A stretch of DNA of 64,000 nucleotides from Ilumatobacteraceae bacterium. GTDB taxonomy: Bacteria > Actinomycetota > Acidimicrobiia > Acidimicrobiales > Ilumatobacteraceae. Below, piece after piece: positions 1 to 9,764 of the stretch (the first letter of the stretch is position 1; every line of letters begins with the position of its first letter). Location of the stretch: contig JBIIMF010000001.1 in NCBI GenBank assembly GCA_044338135.1, forward strand, positions 8,752 to 72,751, in the 5' to 3' direction. The translations under genes and the position numbers were made by a program. The notes under the pieces are model-generated. The model had not been told where the DNA came from. It was given only the letters and a program-made list of their open reading frames with translations, and ran no database searches.

Positions 1-1
1 G

Positions 2-1735
2 ATATTTGGATCACCCAGCAGGCTTTTTGTCAGCCTGCTTCTATTCGTTGCGACTTTGGCAATGACGCAGGCTCCTCTTGCGCAAGAGGCATCGGCAGTC
101 GGTATGGAATGGATTCCGGGTGGACCTTCTTCAACTCGACTGGTCGGAGTTGATTCGTCGAATGATGGGATGATCGCCTACGCCACTGAAAACCCAACGA
201 ACGCGTCGCGGAAAATTTGGAAAACGATCGATGCAGGTTTGACCTGGACTGAATTGACCAATTCACCAAGCATGTATTGGGGAGCCGTGGCGACGAGCGG
301 AGATGGACAAATAGTTCTCGCCCTGGCAGTATCCCCGCCGAGCGCGGACCACTTTTTATATCGGTCGACTGACGCCGGCGCAAGCTGGAGTCTTATCCGT
401 ACAACTATCGAGCAACTCAACGATATTGCTGTTTCTGATTTAGGAGACATTGTTGTTCTTGCAACAAGCGTCGGAATCTTCAAATCAATCAATAGTGGTA
501 CTAGTTTTATGGCTCTACAAAATGTCCCCTACGCTACGACTATCGACATAAGTTCGGACGGACTCAAAATAGTCGCGGCGCATTATTACTCGAATATCAG
601 AAAATCAACAAACGGTGGCGATACATGGATTGATCTACAAAGTTCTGGGACGAACTGGAATCAGGTAGCGATATCAGACGATGGCCAAACCATCATGGGT
701 GTAGCGAAGGGGAATGCCGCCGGTGTGGTGTCATCGCGAGATGCTGGACAGACATTTACTAGCGCGAATATCGGGTCAACATTCGTAGGTGGCCAGGCCA
801 CATTTGCGGGAATGTCCGATGATGGATTGGTCCTGATTGCATCTTCATATGGCAGTATTCCGCAAATGTCCACTGACGGCGGCTTAACGTGGTCAAGTTC
901 TGGTTTGTCGGCCTTGGGTTGGACGGGTTTTGCGTTGAGCGACACCGGATCTCCGCATCGTCGAATCATTTCAATTACGGAAAATGCTCGAGTCTTTTCC
1001 AATCGCCCAATCCCGGTGCCAACGTTGACGACTATTTCGCCATCAACAGGATCAATTGAAGGTGGAATGCTTGTCACATTAACGGGCACTGAAATTCATG
1101 ATGTTATTTCAGTGACGATTGGTGGAGTACTCGTCGTAGATTTCGATGCAATATCGGATACAACGTTGAGTTTTATAGCCCCGGCTGGAAATGTCGGTGC
1201 GGTCGATATCGTCGTTACAACTGAAGATGGGGTTGCGACATTAAGCGGCGAATTCACGTATATCGAATCTGTATTTTCTGCAGTAGATAGTGCGGATGAG
1301 ATTTTGGCCCTTCCAGAATCCTTGGTCACCTCGAAGTCGGAAGTCATTGCTGGCGATTCACTCACGATTTCAGTTCCAGGTTTCGTGCCGGGTGAATATG
1401 TGCAAATTATTCTCGCATCTACCCCACAATTGTTGGCGAGCACAACTGCCGATTCCGGTGGAGTGGTGGCAACGACAATCGTATTTCCACGCGAAATAGA
1501 GGGAAGCCATACTTTGGCGCTATTTGCTCCTGTGAGTGGTCGTGGAATGCGGCAATCAATAGTGATCAACCGAATTGCTGCAGCGATCGACACAGGTACT
1601 TTGCCGACAGTTGTTGGTTCAGATACGTTGCCCAAGACTGGTTCGGAAATTCATTTGTGGTTGCCATCTGTCATAGCTTCTTTGGGCTTATTACTTGCTG
1701 CAATTTCGGGGATTCGTCGTCGCAAGATAGCGTGA
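2..1735 (+). CDS. LPXTG-anchored surface protein with BNR/Asp-box-like repeats and an IPT/TIG-like domain (5' end runs off the window)
   Basis: The frame is open from nt 2. The upstream residues ...RLFVSLLLFVATLAMTQAPLAQEASA look like a signal peptide, so the TTG at 56 is an ORF-finder artefact. Repeated S-x-D-x-G-x-(T/S)-W/F motifs (STDAGASW, STNGGDTW, SRDAGQTF, STDGGLTW). IPT/TIG-like block PTLTTISPSTGSIEGGMLVTLTG. C-terminal LPKTG, hydrophobic helix and RRRK sortase signal. Confidence 0.7.
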   Translation: MFGSPSRLFVSLLLFVATLAMTQAPLAQEASAVGMEWIPGGPSSTRLVGVDSSNDGMIAYATENPTNASRKIWKTIDAGLTWTELTNSPSMYWGAVATSGDGQIVLALAVSPPSADHFLYRSTDAGASWSLIRTTIEQLNDIAVSDLGDIVVLATSVGIFKSINSGTSFMALQNVPYATTIDISSDGLKIVAAHYYSNIRKSTNGGDTWIDLQSSGTNWNQVAISDDGQTIMGVAKGNAAGVVSSRDAGQTFTSANIGSTFVGGQATFAGMSDDGLVLIASSYGSIPQMSTDGGLTWSSSGLSALGWTGFALSDTGSPHRRIISITENARVFSNRPIPVPTLTTISPSTGSIEGGMLVTLTGTEIHDVISVTIGGVLVVDFDAISDTTLSFIAPAGNVGAVDIVVTTEDGVATLSGEFTYIESVFSAVDSADEILALPESLVTSKSEVIAGDSLTISVPGFVPGEYVQIILASTPQLLASTTADSGGVVATTIVFPREIEGSHTLALFAPVSGRGMRQSIVINRIAAAIDTGTLPTVVGSDTLPKTGSEIHLWLPSVIASLGLLLAAISGIRRRKIA

Positions 1736-1740
1736 GGGAC

Positions 1741-2448
1741 ATGAGTGAGCATGCCCCCGTAGCCGCACCCGCCGAAGATGGAACGATGAGCCCCAGTGTT
1801 GGTCTTTCTGTCATTCATCTTTTTGCTAAGCCGACACTGGTGTATGAAGCCGACGAATTTGTCGCAGCAGTGAAAGAAGCTGAAGCAGCTGGCGTTCAGG
1901 TTGTGTGCATTTCGATGCTTGGTCACAAAGCAGATGTGGCGATCATGGCACTCACCAAAGACTGGCGTTTGTTGCGCAAGTTTCAGACGGCACTTCAACA
2001 TGCTGGCCTGGACATCATTGACAGTTATGTATCGATGACCGAAGTCAGTGAGTACGCAGTAGGTATGCCCGAGGCAATGTTGACCCCACGCTTGTATCCG
2101 CAGCTTCCACCCGAAGGCAAGTTGGCCTGGTGTTTCTACCCAATGAGCAAGAGCCGCGTCACAGATGCAAACTGGTTCACCTTGCCGTACGACCGACGCA
2201 AAGAACTCATGCACGAACACGGAACCAGCGGTCGTAAGTTTGCTGGGCGCGTGATTCAGATTGTGACTGGCTCAACCGGAGTTGATGATTTCGAATGGGG
2301 AGTGACTTTGTTCGCGAATCGCCCCGATGATCTCAAAGAAGTTGTTTACACAATGCGCTTTGATGAAGCATCGGCTGTGTACGCCGAATTCGGAACTTTT
2401 TATGCAGGCACCGTCACCGATGTGAGTGAACTAGCCAACTTGATCTAA
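1741..2448 (+). CDS. hemQ: Chlorite dismutase-family coproheme decarboxylase (HemQ/ChdC)
   Basis: Motifs typical of actinobacterial HemQ: FYPMSKSR, NWFTLPYDRRKELMHEHG, GVDDFEWGVTLFA, VYTMRFDEASA. ATG at 1741 chosen over the upstream ORF start at 1657, which overlaps the previous gene. Confidence 0.75.
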   Translation: MSEHAPVAAPAEDGTMSPSVGLSVIHLFAKPTLVYEADEFVAAVKEAEAAGVQVVCISMLGHKADVAIMALTKDWRLLRKFQTALQHAGLDIIDSYVSMTEVSEYAVGMPEAMLTPRLYPQLPPEGKLAWCFYPMSKSRVTDANWFTLPYDRRKELMHEHGTSGRKFAGRVIQIVTGSTGVDDFEWGVTLFANRPDDLKEVVYTMRFDEASAVYAEFGTFYAGTVTDVSELANLI

Positions 2449-3734
2449 GGCGAAGCAACGACGCTGATGCGTCCTGTGAACTCGCTGTTTCCTTGGTTAT
2501 CAAATCCAAAAGTGACGAACTCGGCGCGTGATGGGTCGCCATTTGGATCAAGATCGAGCAACCCAGTCACGCCGTTGTAATCGATATTGAGCGATTGTTG
2601 CAATAAAGCCAAACAATCTTCAAACAAGTCGCAACCTGAACCACCACGACTGACGACCGGAACTTGAGTCATGAAAACTTCGGCGACGTCGGACTGACTG
2701 GCGATAGCAGCCAGGGCCAAAAGGTTGACGCAATCGGTGATGGCTGCCGAAAACGCAGGGACCGAGTTATTGCCCGCTGAATCGGCTCCGGCAAATGCAT
2801 CAATAGCGACGCCAACGATTTTGCGACGGAGTTCAGAATCAAGATTGGCGTTACTGGACAGATCGGCTTGAGAAATTGCGTCATTGACAACAATCTTGTT
2901 GAGTGACTTTGTATCGAGCAAACTATTCAAAAGACGACCACCGCTCACTTCATCTCCGATGAGTGTGATCACACTGTTCGGATTTGTGGTGAGTTGTGTG
3001 GCAATAGATGCAACATCGGACGTTGTTGTGTCGTAAGCAACTTCATTGACAACAGCGATACCTTGAACAGCGAGCGATCGACGAACTTCGGCAACAAATG
3101 CTCGCCCAAATGGATCATCGGGATAGGCGACAAGTGTTTCAAGGACACCAGTTTGTTCAATCAATTGGGCCATCGCCTCGCTCGCCAAAATATCTGAGGC
3201 CGTCGTACGGACAAACAGTCCGTTGTCGGGGAATGAAGCAAGTGAAACTGCTGTCGCGGTTGGCGAGCACGATCCTATTTTGTTTTCAACGAGACGAGGA
3301 AGTGCCGACAAGGCAATCGGCGATGACATCGGGCCAATGAGTGCATCAATGCGATCTTCACTGATGAAGTCGTCGACGGAGGAAAGCGCAGTTGCTGAGT
3401 CGGATCCTTCATCACGAACGACGAGTTCAATGTCTTGGCCAAGAACACCGCCAGAGGCATTGATGATATTGATGGCATCGGTGGCAACTTGAATGAGTGA
3501 TTCATTACCGTCATCAACTGGACCTGTTTGGGGAATGAGTAGTCCAATGCGAAAAACTCCGTCGCTTGCTAGAGGTGAGGCGGTAGTTGAAACTTGCGGA
3601 GTCCTGTCTGGCATTGAGTCTGTCGGTCCACTATTGCAAGCGACGAGGCCCGACAATGTTCCAAATAACAAAAATGACGCGACTGACGGGCGCCTGTGCA
3701 AGCTCATGAATTGAACTCTACGAGACAGAGTCAC
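2445..3734 (-). CDS. ABC transporter substrate-binding lipoprotein (type 1 periplasmic binding fold, branched-chain amino acid-like)
   Basis: N-terminal lipobox LSGLVAC. Leu/Ile/Val-binding-protein-like layout (FRIGLLIPQTGP..., ALIGPMSSP). The start may be the internal Met at 3707. Confidence 0.7.
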   Translation of the reverse strand: MTLSRRVQFMSLHRRPSVASFLLFGTLSGLVACNSGPTDSMPDRTPQVSTTASPLASDGVFRIGLLIPQTGPVDDGNESLIQVATDAINIINASGGVLGQDIELVVRDEGSDSATALSSVDDFISEDRIDALIGPMSSPIALSALPRLVENKIGSCSPTATAVSLASFPDNGLFVRTTASDILASEAMAQLIEQTGVLETLVAYPDDPFGRAFVAEVRRSLAVQGIAVVNEVAYDTTTSDVASIATQLTTNPNSVITLIGDEVSGGRLLNSLLDTKSLNKIVVNDAISQADLSSNANLDSELRRKIVGVAIDAFAGADSAGNNSVPAFSAAITDCVNLLALAAIASQSDVAEVFMTQVPVVSRGGSGCDLFEDCLALLQQSLNIDYNGVTGLLDLDPNGDPSRAEFVTFGFDNQGNSEFTGRISVVASP

Positions 3735-3740
3735 CGTTGG

Positions 3741-4517
3741 TCAGGTTGTTGGGGCAAGAGGTGGCGGGGGGAGTGGGCGATCGGCTTCAAGTTGCTTTTG
3801 TTCGGTGAGAAGTTCGGACTCGTAGCGATCGAGAGTGTCAAGAGCAATCGCTGACGCTAATTCGATACGGAACTGCACTTCGGTGGCAGCTTTTTTCCCG
3901 TATCTCACTCCTGTTGGTTGCTTGCCAGTCGTCATCGCGAAAATTGATGCACCGTCTGGTAAGTGTGAACAACTCATCATTTTGTCGAAGCGCCATTCTT
4001 GAGTTCGCTTTGTACCCGAGAACATGATCCGTTGATTTGTGATGAGGAGTGGTCCTTGGTCGGTCGCATTGATGGTCTCGGTTCCTTGGGTCATCTTGCC
4101 TCCGGCCTTGCCAGCATTAAGTCGGACCTTGCCGAAAATTGGGAAAGATACCCCGCCGTAACCTCCGTTGTATCGGGTTGGTTCCCGAACATTTTCAAGA
4201 AATTGGACCTGCAAAAATGCCACAGCGAATTCATCCTTTTTCAGCATGAAGCCGTAGTCGCTCGAATCGGTGAATTGTTCGGTCAGTTTGCCATTTCGGC
4301 AATCACGCACAATGACAAGCATTTCCTCGAGAGAATCGACATTGTGTTGCCAATCTTGCGCATCTTGGTGGAGTTGAGCCGTCAGTTTGGCTGCAGCCTG
4401 AGCCGCTCGGCGCTGTTTGCGTGCTTCAAAGAATCCCATGTCTTCACCATATAGAAGGGCTGTGGCATCTCGGGACAGTTCGTCATATTGGTTGGGGCAA
4501 TTTCTTATACCCACCAA
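3741..4517 (-). CDS. Hypothetical protein (N-terminal coiled coil, PH-like middle region, Pro-rich tail)
   Basis: Long ORF with no conflicting gene. GPLLITNQRIMFSG resembles bacterial PH (bPH/YokE-like) domains. C-terminal PLPPPPLAP. Function unknown; the start may be the internal MGFFEARK. Confidence 0.45.
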   Translation of the reverse strand: MVGIRNCPNQYDELSRDATALLYGEDMGFFEARKQRRAAQAAAKLTAQLHQDAQDWQHNVDSLEEMLVIVRDCRNGKLTEQFTDSSDYGFMLKKDEFAVAFLQVQFLENVREPTRYNGGYGGVSFPIFGKVRLNAGKAGGKMTQGTETINATDQGPLLITNQRIMFSGTKRTQEWRFDKMMSCSHLPDGASIFAMTTGKQPTGVRYGKKAATEVQFRIELASAIALDTLDRYESELLTEQKQLEADRPLPPPPLAPTT

Positions 4518-4595
4518 ACCTTGAGTACGGGCGAGGCGTGACTACTTCGTTCTGAGATGTCGCCCGCAACTCAGCAGACCGAGAAGTGAGTTGAC

Positions 4596-4841
4596 ATGAA
4601 CAAGCAGCGCCTAGCCCGACTGAGTGCCCTGTGCATCGCGGTATCAATACTGGCGAGCTGTGGATCGGGGAAATCAGATTCAGATCCGAGCCAACCAGCC
4701 CAGACTGAAACGTCGCTGACCCAAGGTGCGATCTCTGACGATGCCGAATTAGCCGGTGTTGAAAGCGAACTGGCCTCACTTGATGCCGATCTTGAAGTGA
4801 TCGATCAGGCACTTGCCGATCTCAACTCTGTTGCCCCCTAA
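4596..4841 (+). CDS. Small hypothetical lipoprotein
   Basis: Signal peptide with lipobox (ALCIAVSILASCGSG) followed by an acidic helical tail. Sits directly upstream of a co-oriented secreted-protein gene. Confidence 0.5.
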   Translation: MNKQRLARLSALCIAVSILASCGSGKSDSDPSQPAQTETSLTQGAISDDAELAGVESELASLDADLEVIDQALADLNSVAP

Positions 4842-4880
4842 ACGTCCAACCTCCCCTCAATCTGTACAAAGGAAAAAACC

Positions 4881-6218
4881 ATGAAGCGTCATTACATCCT
4901 TCCCGCACTCGCCATTTTGGTCATGCCGTTAGCTATTGGTTCAAGCCCACTGCTCGCATCTGGCGGTGGATCTCACGAAGATGAAACCGAAACCACAGAA
5001 GTGCCGCAGTCGTCAATTCCTCGTCGTGACAGAAACCGAAATAGCGTGCCTCCGACAACCATCGAAGTCGAATCAGAAGATTCTGATTCTGCAACACCGA
5101 CGACATCAGAACCACGTCGCCAACGGACGAATACTTCAACGACAACATCAATCCCAACAGATGTCATTGTCGGGTTACCAATTACTGAGTCTGACAATGA
5201 TTCTCACGATGGGTCAGAAGATGAATCTCACGATGATTCACATGATGAAAACAAATCAGAGACGCCAGAAGGCGAACACAACAATCGTGGAAATCGAATC
5301 GGAGACATTGCTCGTAATATTGCGCGCGCAACGACCGCTTTGAATTCTTTGCCCGCGAGCGAGGCGCGTGACGCTGCGCTCGAGGCACTGCTTGCGCTAC
5401 AAGCACGTGTTGATGCGGGTGAAGTTATTCCAGCCGCGGATGTTCAAGCAATTTTTGACAATGTGGCTGCATTGGTTTTTATCCGTATTGGTGGAGGAAA
5501 TCATCGCGGCGACTCCCCAGTAACCGGTGGAGTGCCAGATACTCAGAAGATTTCGCGTATGAGTGGCTCGGTGACCGAAGCTATACGACTTCTCGAAGGT
5601 AATACTTCTGATGCTGCAGTTGCGGCGATTACTGCATTGCAGTCTGTGAAGGCCTCACTCGATGCAGGAACACTTCCCGATCATGACGTTTTTGAAGAAG
5701 CAATGGATCTTGCCAAAGACGCACTAGCCGATATGCCAACAGCTCGCGCTTCAGTCACGTTGGCGGGTGTGATTGCTGCTGTCGAAGCATCGGATGCATC
5801 CGATGAAGTCAAGACCCAGTTGCTAGCGGTATTGCGTGCGGCTCAAGATCAAGTCCTTGCCGATCCCACTGCTGATGCTCAACAGATCGTGCGCGCTGCA
5901 TTGCAACAAGTTCGCGATGCCCGAATCGCCGCGGTGGTGCAGCGGATGATTGAGATTGTTGGACGCCTTGAAGTTGCTGCCAACACTCAAGGAAACTCCG
6001 ATGCGCTATTGCTTCTGGCTCAGGTGCGTTCGTTGCTCCAACCTGGTGATGGCTCATTGCCGGCTCGCGATCAATTGCACAACGCTCGTCGCATCTTGCT
6101 TGATGTGCTTGATCTCTTGACCCCTGTCACTGCGCCTACGACGACAATTCCTGACACGACGGTCCCAGACACGACAATTCCTGACACGACGACCCCTGAC
6201 ACAACGATTGCTCCTTAG
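4881..6218 (+). CDS. Secreted repetitive protein of unknown function
   Basis: Signal peptide MKRHYILPALAILVMPLAIGSSPLLASG. Acidic/His-rich block DNDSHDGSEDESHDDSHDE, an Ala-rich helical body, and C-terminal TTIPDTTVPDTTIPDTTTPDTT repeats encoded by 15-nt tandem repeats. Confidence 0.6.
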   Translation: MKRHYILPALAILVMPLAIGSSPLLASGGGSHEDETETTEVPQSSIPRRDRNRNSVPPTTIEVESEDSDSATPTTSEPRRQRTNTSTTTSIPTDVIVGLPITESDNDSHDGSEDESHDDSHDENKSETPEGEHNNRGNRIGDIARNIARATTALNSLPASEARDAALEALLALQARVDAGEVIPAADVQAIFDNVAALVFIRIGGGNHRGDSPVTGGVPDTQKISRMSGSVTEAIRLLEGNTSDAAVAAITALQSVKASLDAGTLPDHDVFEEAMDLAKDALADMPTARASVTLAGVIAAVEASDASDEVKTQLLAVLRAAQDQVLADPTADAQQIVRAALQQVRDARIAAVVQRMIEIVGRLEVAANTQGNSDALLLLAQVRSLLQPGDGSLPARDQLHNARRILLDVLDLLTPVTAPTTTIPDTTVPDTTIPDTTTPDTTIAP

Positions 6219-6262
6219 CCACGAGTGAGGGAACCGAGAAAAAGTCTGCTTGCATACTGCAG

Positions 6263-6703
6263 GTGGATCAGTATTCAACTCAATTGCTCGAGACATCAGA
6301 CCGAGTTGTGGCCAAGTGGGCCGAACGTTTGATCCGACGACATTGTGACGAACACAAGATCTCCGACCCTCAGGTCGGAGATCTTTGTATGTCCGTGATC
6401 GCTCAAGTATCGGCCGAGGTCCACGCCAATTTGGTTGACCTGTTATCTCGAGATGTCTTTGAACAACGAACCAACCCGTTGGCAGTATTTCGTCAAGCAA
6501 CACGACCTGTCACCGAGTTGTTGACCAATCTCGGGTGTGCGCCAGTTGTTCGTGACGAATTCGATGAACGTTCATTCCCCGACGATGTGTATGGATTGAG
6601 CCCGGCAACTTGGGTCGATATTGACGAAGCACTTGTTGAGCCAGGCATCGAATGGGGGGCCTGGAAAGCAGCCACCGTCATGATGCGTAAGAAGAACCAA
6701 TAA
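6263..6703 (+). CDS. Hypothetical protein
   Basis: 146-codon ORF with a GTG start and no conflicting gene. No motif recognised. Confidence 0.4.
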   Translation: MDQYSTQLLETSDRVVAKWAERLIRRHCDEHKISDPQVGDLCMSVIAQVSAEVHANLVDLLSRDVFEQRTNPLAVFRQATRPVTELLTNLGCAPVVRDEFDERSFPDDVYGLSPATWVDIDEALVEPGIEWGAWKAATVMMRKKNQ

Positions 6704-6755
6704 GAACTCCAGCCTGAAATGGTTTGTTGTCGCCGTTTTCGGTCAGACTGTATGA

Positions 6756-9038
6756 ATGGAACGCCGCCAACAGGTTCTCGCTGACACCAAGTTACGCGGG
6801 GTGCGTTTGACTCACGCTTTGTGTGAAGCGACCGACGAGTGGATCCGTGAGGTTTGGACAAGTGCTTTCGAAGCCGTCAAAGTTTCGAAGCGAGTCGCGC
6901 TTGTTGCTGTTGGTGGCTACGGCCGAGGTGAGTTAGCGCCGTACAGCGACTTGGACATCATGTTGATACATGACGGCGAAAAGAAAATTGACGACCTTGC
7001 TTCAAAGATTTGGTATCCGATTTGGGACTCGGGTCTCAAACTTGGTCACTCAGTTTGCACGGTGAAGCAAGCAACCGAACTTGCAAAGTCAGAACTCGAT
7101 GCGGCGACGGCGTTATTGAGCGTTCGTCTTTTAGCTGGTGATGAATCGCTAGCGAATGAACTCAGTGCTGAAGGCGTGAAGACATGGAAAGCGGGGGCGT
7201 CAAATCGACTACCTCAACTGATGCAACGTGTTCGTGACCGCCAACAAGACAACGGCGAAGTTGCGTTCTTACTTGAGCCCAACCTTAAAGAGGGTTACGG
7301 CGGGCTTCGAGATATTCATGCATTGATTTGGGCCGAGGCTGCCGGAGTCGCGATATCGCGTTCAGATCGTGATGCACTTGATGCGGGTCGCGATGTGTTG
7401 ATGGCCGTACGGGTTGCGTTGCATCGACACGTGGGACGTGCAGTTGAAGTCATGCACCTCGAAGATCAAGATGCAGTGGCAAGTCTGTGCGGATATCGAA
7501 ATGCTGACGCGCTTGTTGCCGCACTTTCAAATGCTGGTCGGTCAGTTTCGTGGGTCGGTGACGAAGTATGGGCACGAGTTGCAGCCGCAAAAACAAAGCC
7601 TGTTGCCGATCAACTGCTGGCGCCTGGAGTGATCTTGCATCTAGGTGAGATTCATCTTGAAGAAACAGTTGATCCTGCGACCGATCCAACACTGTTGTTA
7701 CGCGTTGCGGCTTCGGCAGCCCGTCACAAGGCCCGCATCGACCGTCCAACGCTCGATCGTTTGGCGCAATCATGTCCTCCGATGCCGAGCCCATGGCCAG
7801 TAGGCGCGATTGACGACTTCGTTGGTTTGTTGTTGACAGCACACGATGCGATTCCGGTTCTTGAGGCCCTTGATCAACGCGGCTTGTGGGTGAAGGTTTT
7901 GCCCGAATGGGCACCGAACCGCAGTAAGCCACAACGCAATGCGTATCACCGCTTTACTGTTGATCGACACCTATGGGAAGCAACCGCGAACGCTGCAACA
8001 TGGGCCGATCGTGTTGCCCGCCCAGACTTGTTGGTGCTTGGTGCGCTCTTTCATGACATCGGCAAGGGTTATCCGGGAGACCACACCGAAGTTGGCGTCG
8101 CCATGGTTGAAAAAATCGGACCACGTCTTGGCTTGAATGCCGATGACACTCAAATGATTTGTGCGATGGTCAAGCATCACTTGCTCTTGCCCGATGTTGC
8201 AACACGACGCGACCTAGCCGATAGCGCCACGATCATGATGGTCGCTGACGAAGTTAAAACTCCTTTGGTGCTAGACCTTTTGCACGGCTTAACCGAAGCC
8301 GACAGTTTGGCGACAGGTACAGCTGCATGGGGCACTTGGAAAGCCGAACTCGTGGGCGACCTCGTGCGTCGCGTGCATCTTGTACTCGGCGGCGCCGAAG
8401 TTGAAGAAGCGCAGTGGCGACTTTTCCCCGACGCCGAAGTACTCGAGATGATGGCGGGCGGCACTGTGACATTTGGTCTCAGTGATGATTCAGTAACGGT
8501 TGTGAGTCCTGACCGACCAGGAACATTTAGCCGTGTTGCCGGAGTGCTGGCATTGCACGGACTCGGAGTCCTTGGTGCTCAGGCACATTCTGATGAACAG
8601 GGAATGGCTGCTTCACAATTCAGAGTGATCGTGCCAAGTCATGGTCCGATTGAATGGCAACCAATTGTTCAGAATCTAACGAGAGCCCTCAATGGAGAAT
8701 TGGCGATTGAGGCACGAATGGCTGAGCGTGCGAAAACTTATCGCCGAAAGCGTCGTTCGGCCGGAGAACTAGCCCCACCGCGCGTGACGTTCTTTGATGA
8801 AGCTTCATCTAATGCGACAGTTATTGAAGTGCGGGCCCCAGACCAACATGGCATCTTGCATCGCGTGACAAAAGCAATGGCCGAAGTTGGTCTCGATATT
8901 CGTCATGCCACCGTACAAACCATTGGCGATGAAGTTGTTGACGCCTTTTATGTTCGTACATCAAGTGGTTCAAAACTGACCGACAAATTTCATCGTCAAG
9001 AAGTTGAACGAGCCATTCTCTTCTCATTGGCCTCGTGA
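6756..9038 (+). CDS. glnD: [Protein-PII] uridylyl/adenylyl-transferase GlnD
   Basis: Nucleotidyltransferase motif GGYGRGELAPYSDLDIML, HD domain (FHDIGKG) and two C-terminal ACT-like segments. The 760-aa length is typical. Confidence 0.9.
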   Translation: MERRQQVLADTKLRGVRLTHALCEATDEWIREVWTSAFEAVKVSKRVALVAVGGYGRGELAPYSDLDIMLIHDGEKKIDDLASKIWYPIWDSGLKLGHSVCTVKQATELAKSELDAATALLSVRLLAGDESLANELSAEGVKTWKAGASNRLPQLMQRVRDRQQDNGEVAFLLEPNLKEGYGGLRDIHALIWAEAAGVAISRSDRDALDAGRDVLMAVRVALHRHVGRAVEVMHLEDQDAVASLCGYRNADALVAALSNAGRSVSWVGDEVWARVAAAKTKPVADQLLAPGVILHLGEIHLEETVDPATDPTLLLRVAASAARHKARIDRPTLDRLAQSCPPMPSPWPVGAIDDFVGLLLTAHDAIPVLEALDQRGLWVKVLPEWAPNRSKPQRNAYHRFTVDRHLWEATANAATWADRVARPDLLVLGALFHDIGKGYPGDHTEVGVAMVEKIGPRLGLNADDTQMICAMVKHHLLLPDVATRRDLADSATIMMVADEVKTPLVLDLLHGLTEADSLATGTAAWGTWKAELVGDLVRRVHLVLGGAEVEEAQWRLFPDAEVLEMMAGGTVTFGLSDDSVTVVSPDRPGTFSRVAGVLALHGLGVLGAQAHSDEQGMAASQFRVIVPSHGPIEWQPIVQNLTRALNGELAIEARMAERAKTYRRKRRSAGELAPPRVTFFDEASSNATVIEVRAPDQHGILHRVTKAMAEVGLDIRHATVQTIGDEVVDAFYVRTSSGSKLTDKFHRQEVERAILFSLAS

Positions 9039-9055
9039 GAAGGTAACTTCGCAGT

Positions 9056-9754
9056 ATGAGTGACGCGACACCAGCAGACTTCACCCGAGATTTAGTGCGG
9101 TGGAGCGAAACACTCGCTGGCATTGCCCGCACCGGTATGGGTTTCACGCAGAATTTGTATGAGCGTGAACGATATGAAGAAGTACTTCATGTAGCCGCTG
9201 ATATTAAGGCAGCTGCCGATGAAGCTTTAGAAGTGCGTCGCGAACAAGATCACTTTGTCCAAGAATGGATGGAATCTGTTGGCGAAGGTATCCCTGGGTA
9301 CGTCACACCGAAAGTAGCGATTGGCGCAATTGTCGGTAACGACGATGGCGAGATACTGCTGATGCAGCGAGCCGATTCTGGTATCTGGTTGTATCCGACC
9401 GGTTGGGCCGACGTTGGATATTCGGCAAGTGAAGTTGCGGTGAAAGAAGTCTTTGAAGAAACTGGTATCGAATGTGAGCCCGTGCAGTTGCTCGGCGTCT
9501 TTGACGGCCAGCGGATGGGCTTTAGTCGTTTCGGTATGTACATGTTGTTATTCCACTGTCGAGCAACCGGAGGAAGCTTGCAAGGTCATCCACTAGAAAC
9601 AAGTGGCCTTGGTTGGTTTGCGCATGACGCATTGCCGAGTGCGACTGCAGGAATCGAGTGGTGGGGCCAGATGGCATTTGCTGCAATTAATGGCGAACAA
9701 TCAATTGCGACATTTGACTCGCCGCGCTCGGCTGTGTGGCGTCAAGCCGATTGA
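9056..9754 (+). CDS. NUDIX hydrolase with N-terminal helical NUDIX-associated domain
   Basis: Nudix box GWADVGYSASEVAVKEVFEETGI preceded by a helical region of about 80 aa. Confidence 0.85.
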   Translation: MSDATPADFTRDLVRWSETLAGIARTGMGFTQNLYERERYEEVLHVAADIKAAADEALEVRREQDHFVQEWMESVGEGIPGYVTPKVAIGAIVGNDDGEILLMQRADSGIWLYPTGWADVGYSASEVAVKEVFEETGIECEPVQLLGVFDGQRMGFSRFGMYMLLFHCRATGGSLQGHPLETSGLGWFAHDALPSATAGIEWWGQMAFAAINGEQSIATFDSPRSAVWRQAD

Positions 9755-9764
9755 TGTGTTGAAA

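Noticed and set aside
661-1635. Minus-strand ORFs 661..1089 and 1096..1635 (142 and 179 aa)
   Set aside because: They are antisense to the LPXTG surface-protein gene, whose repeats, IPT domain and sorting signal fix the coding strand.
7450-7932. 160-aa minus-strand ORF inside glnD
   Set aside because: It is antisense to a gene with unambiguous GlnD motifs and has no independent support.
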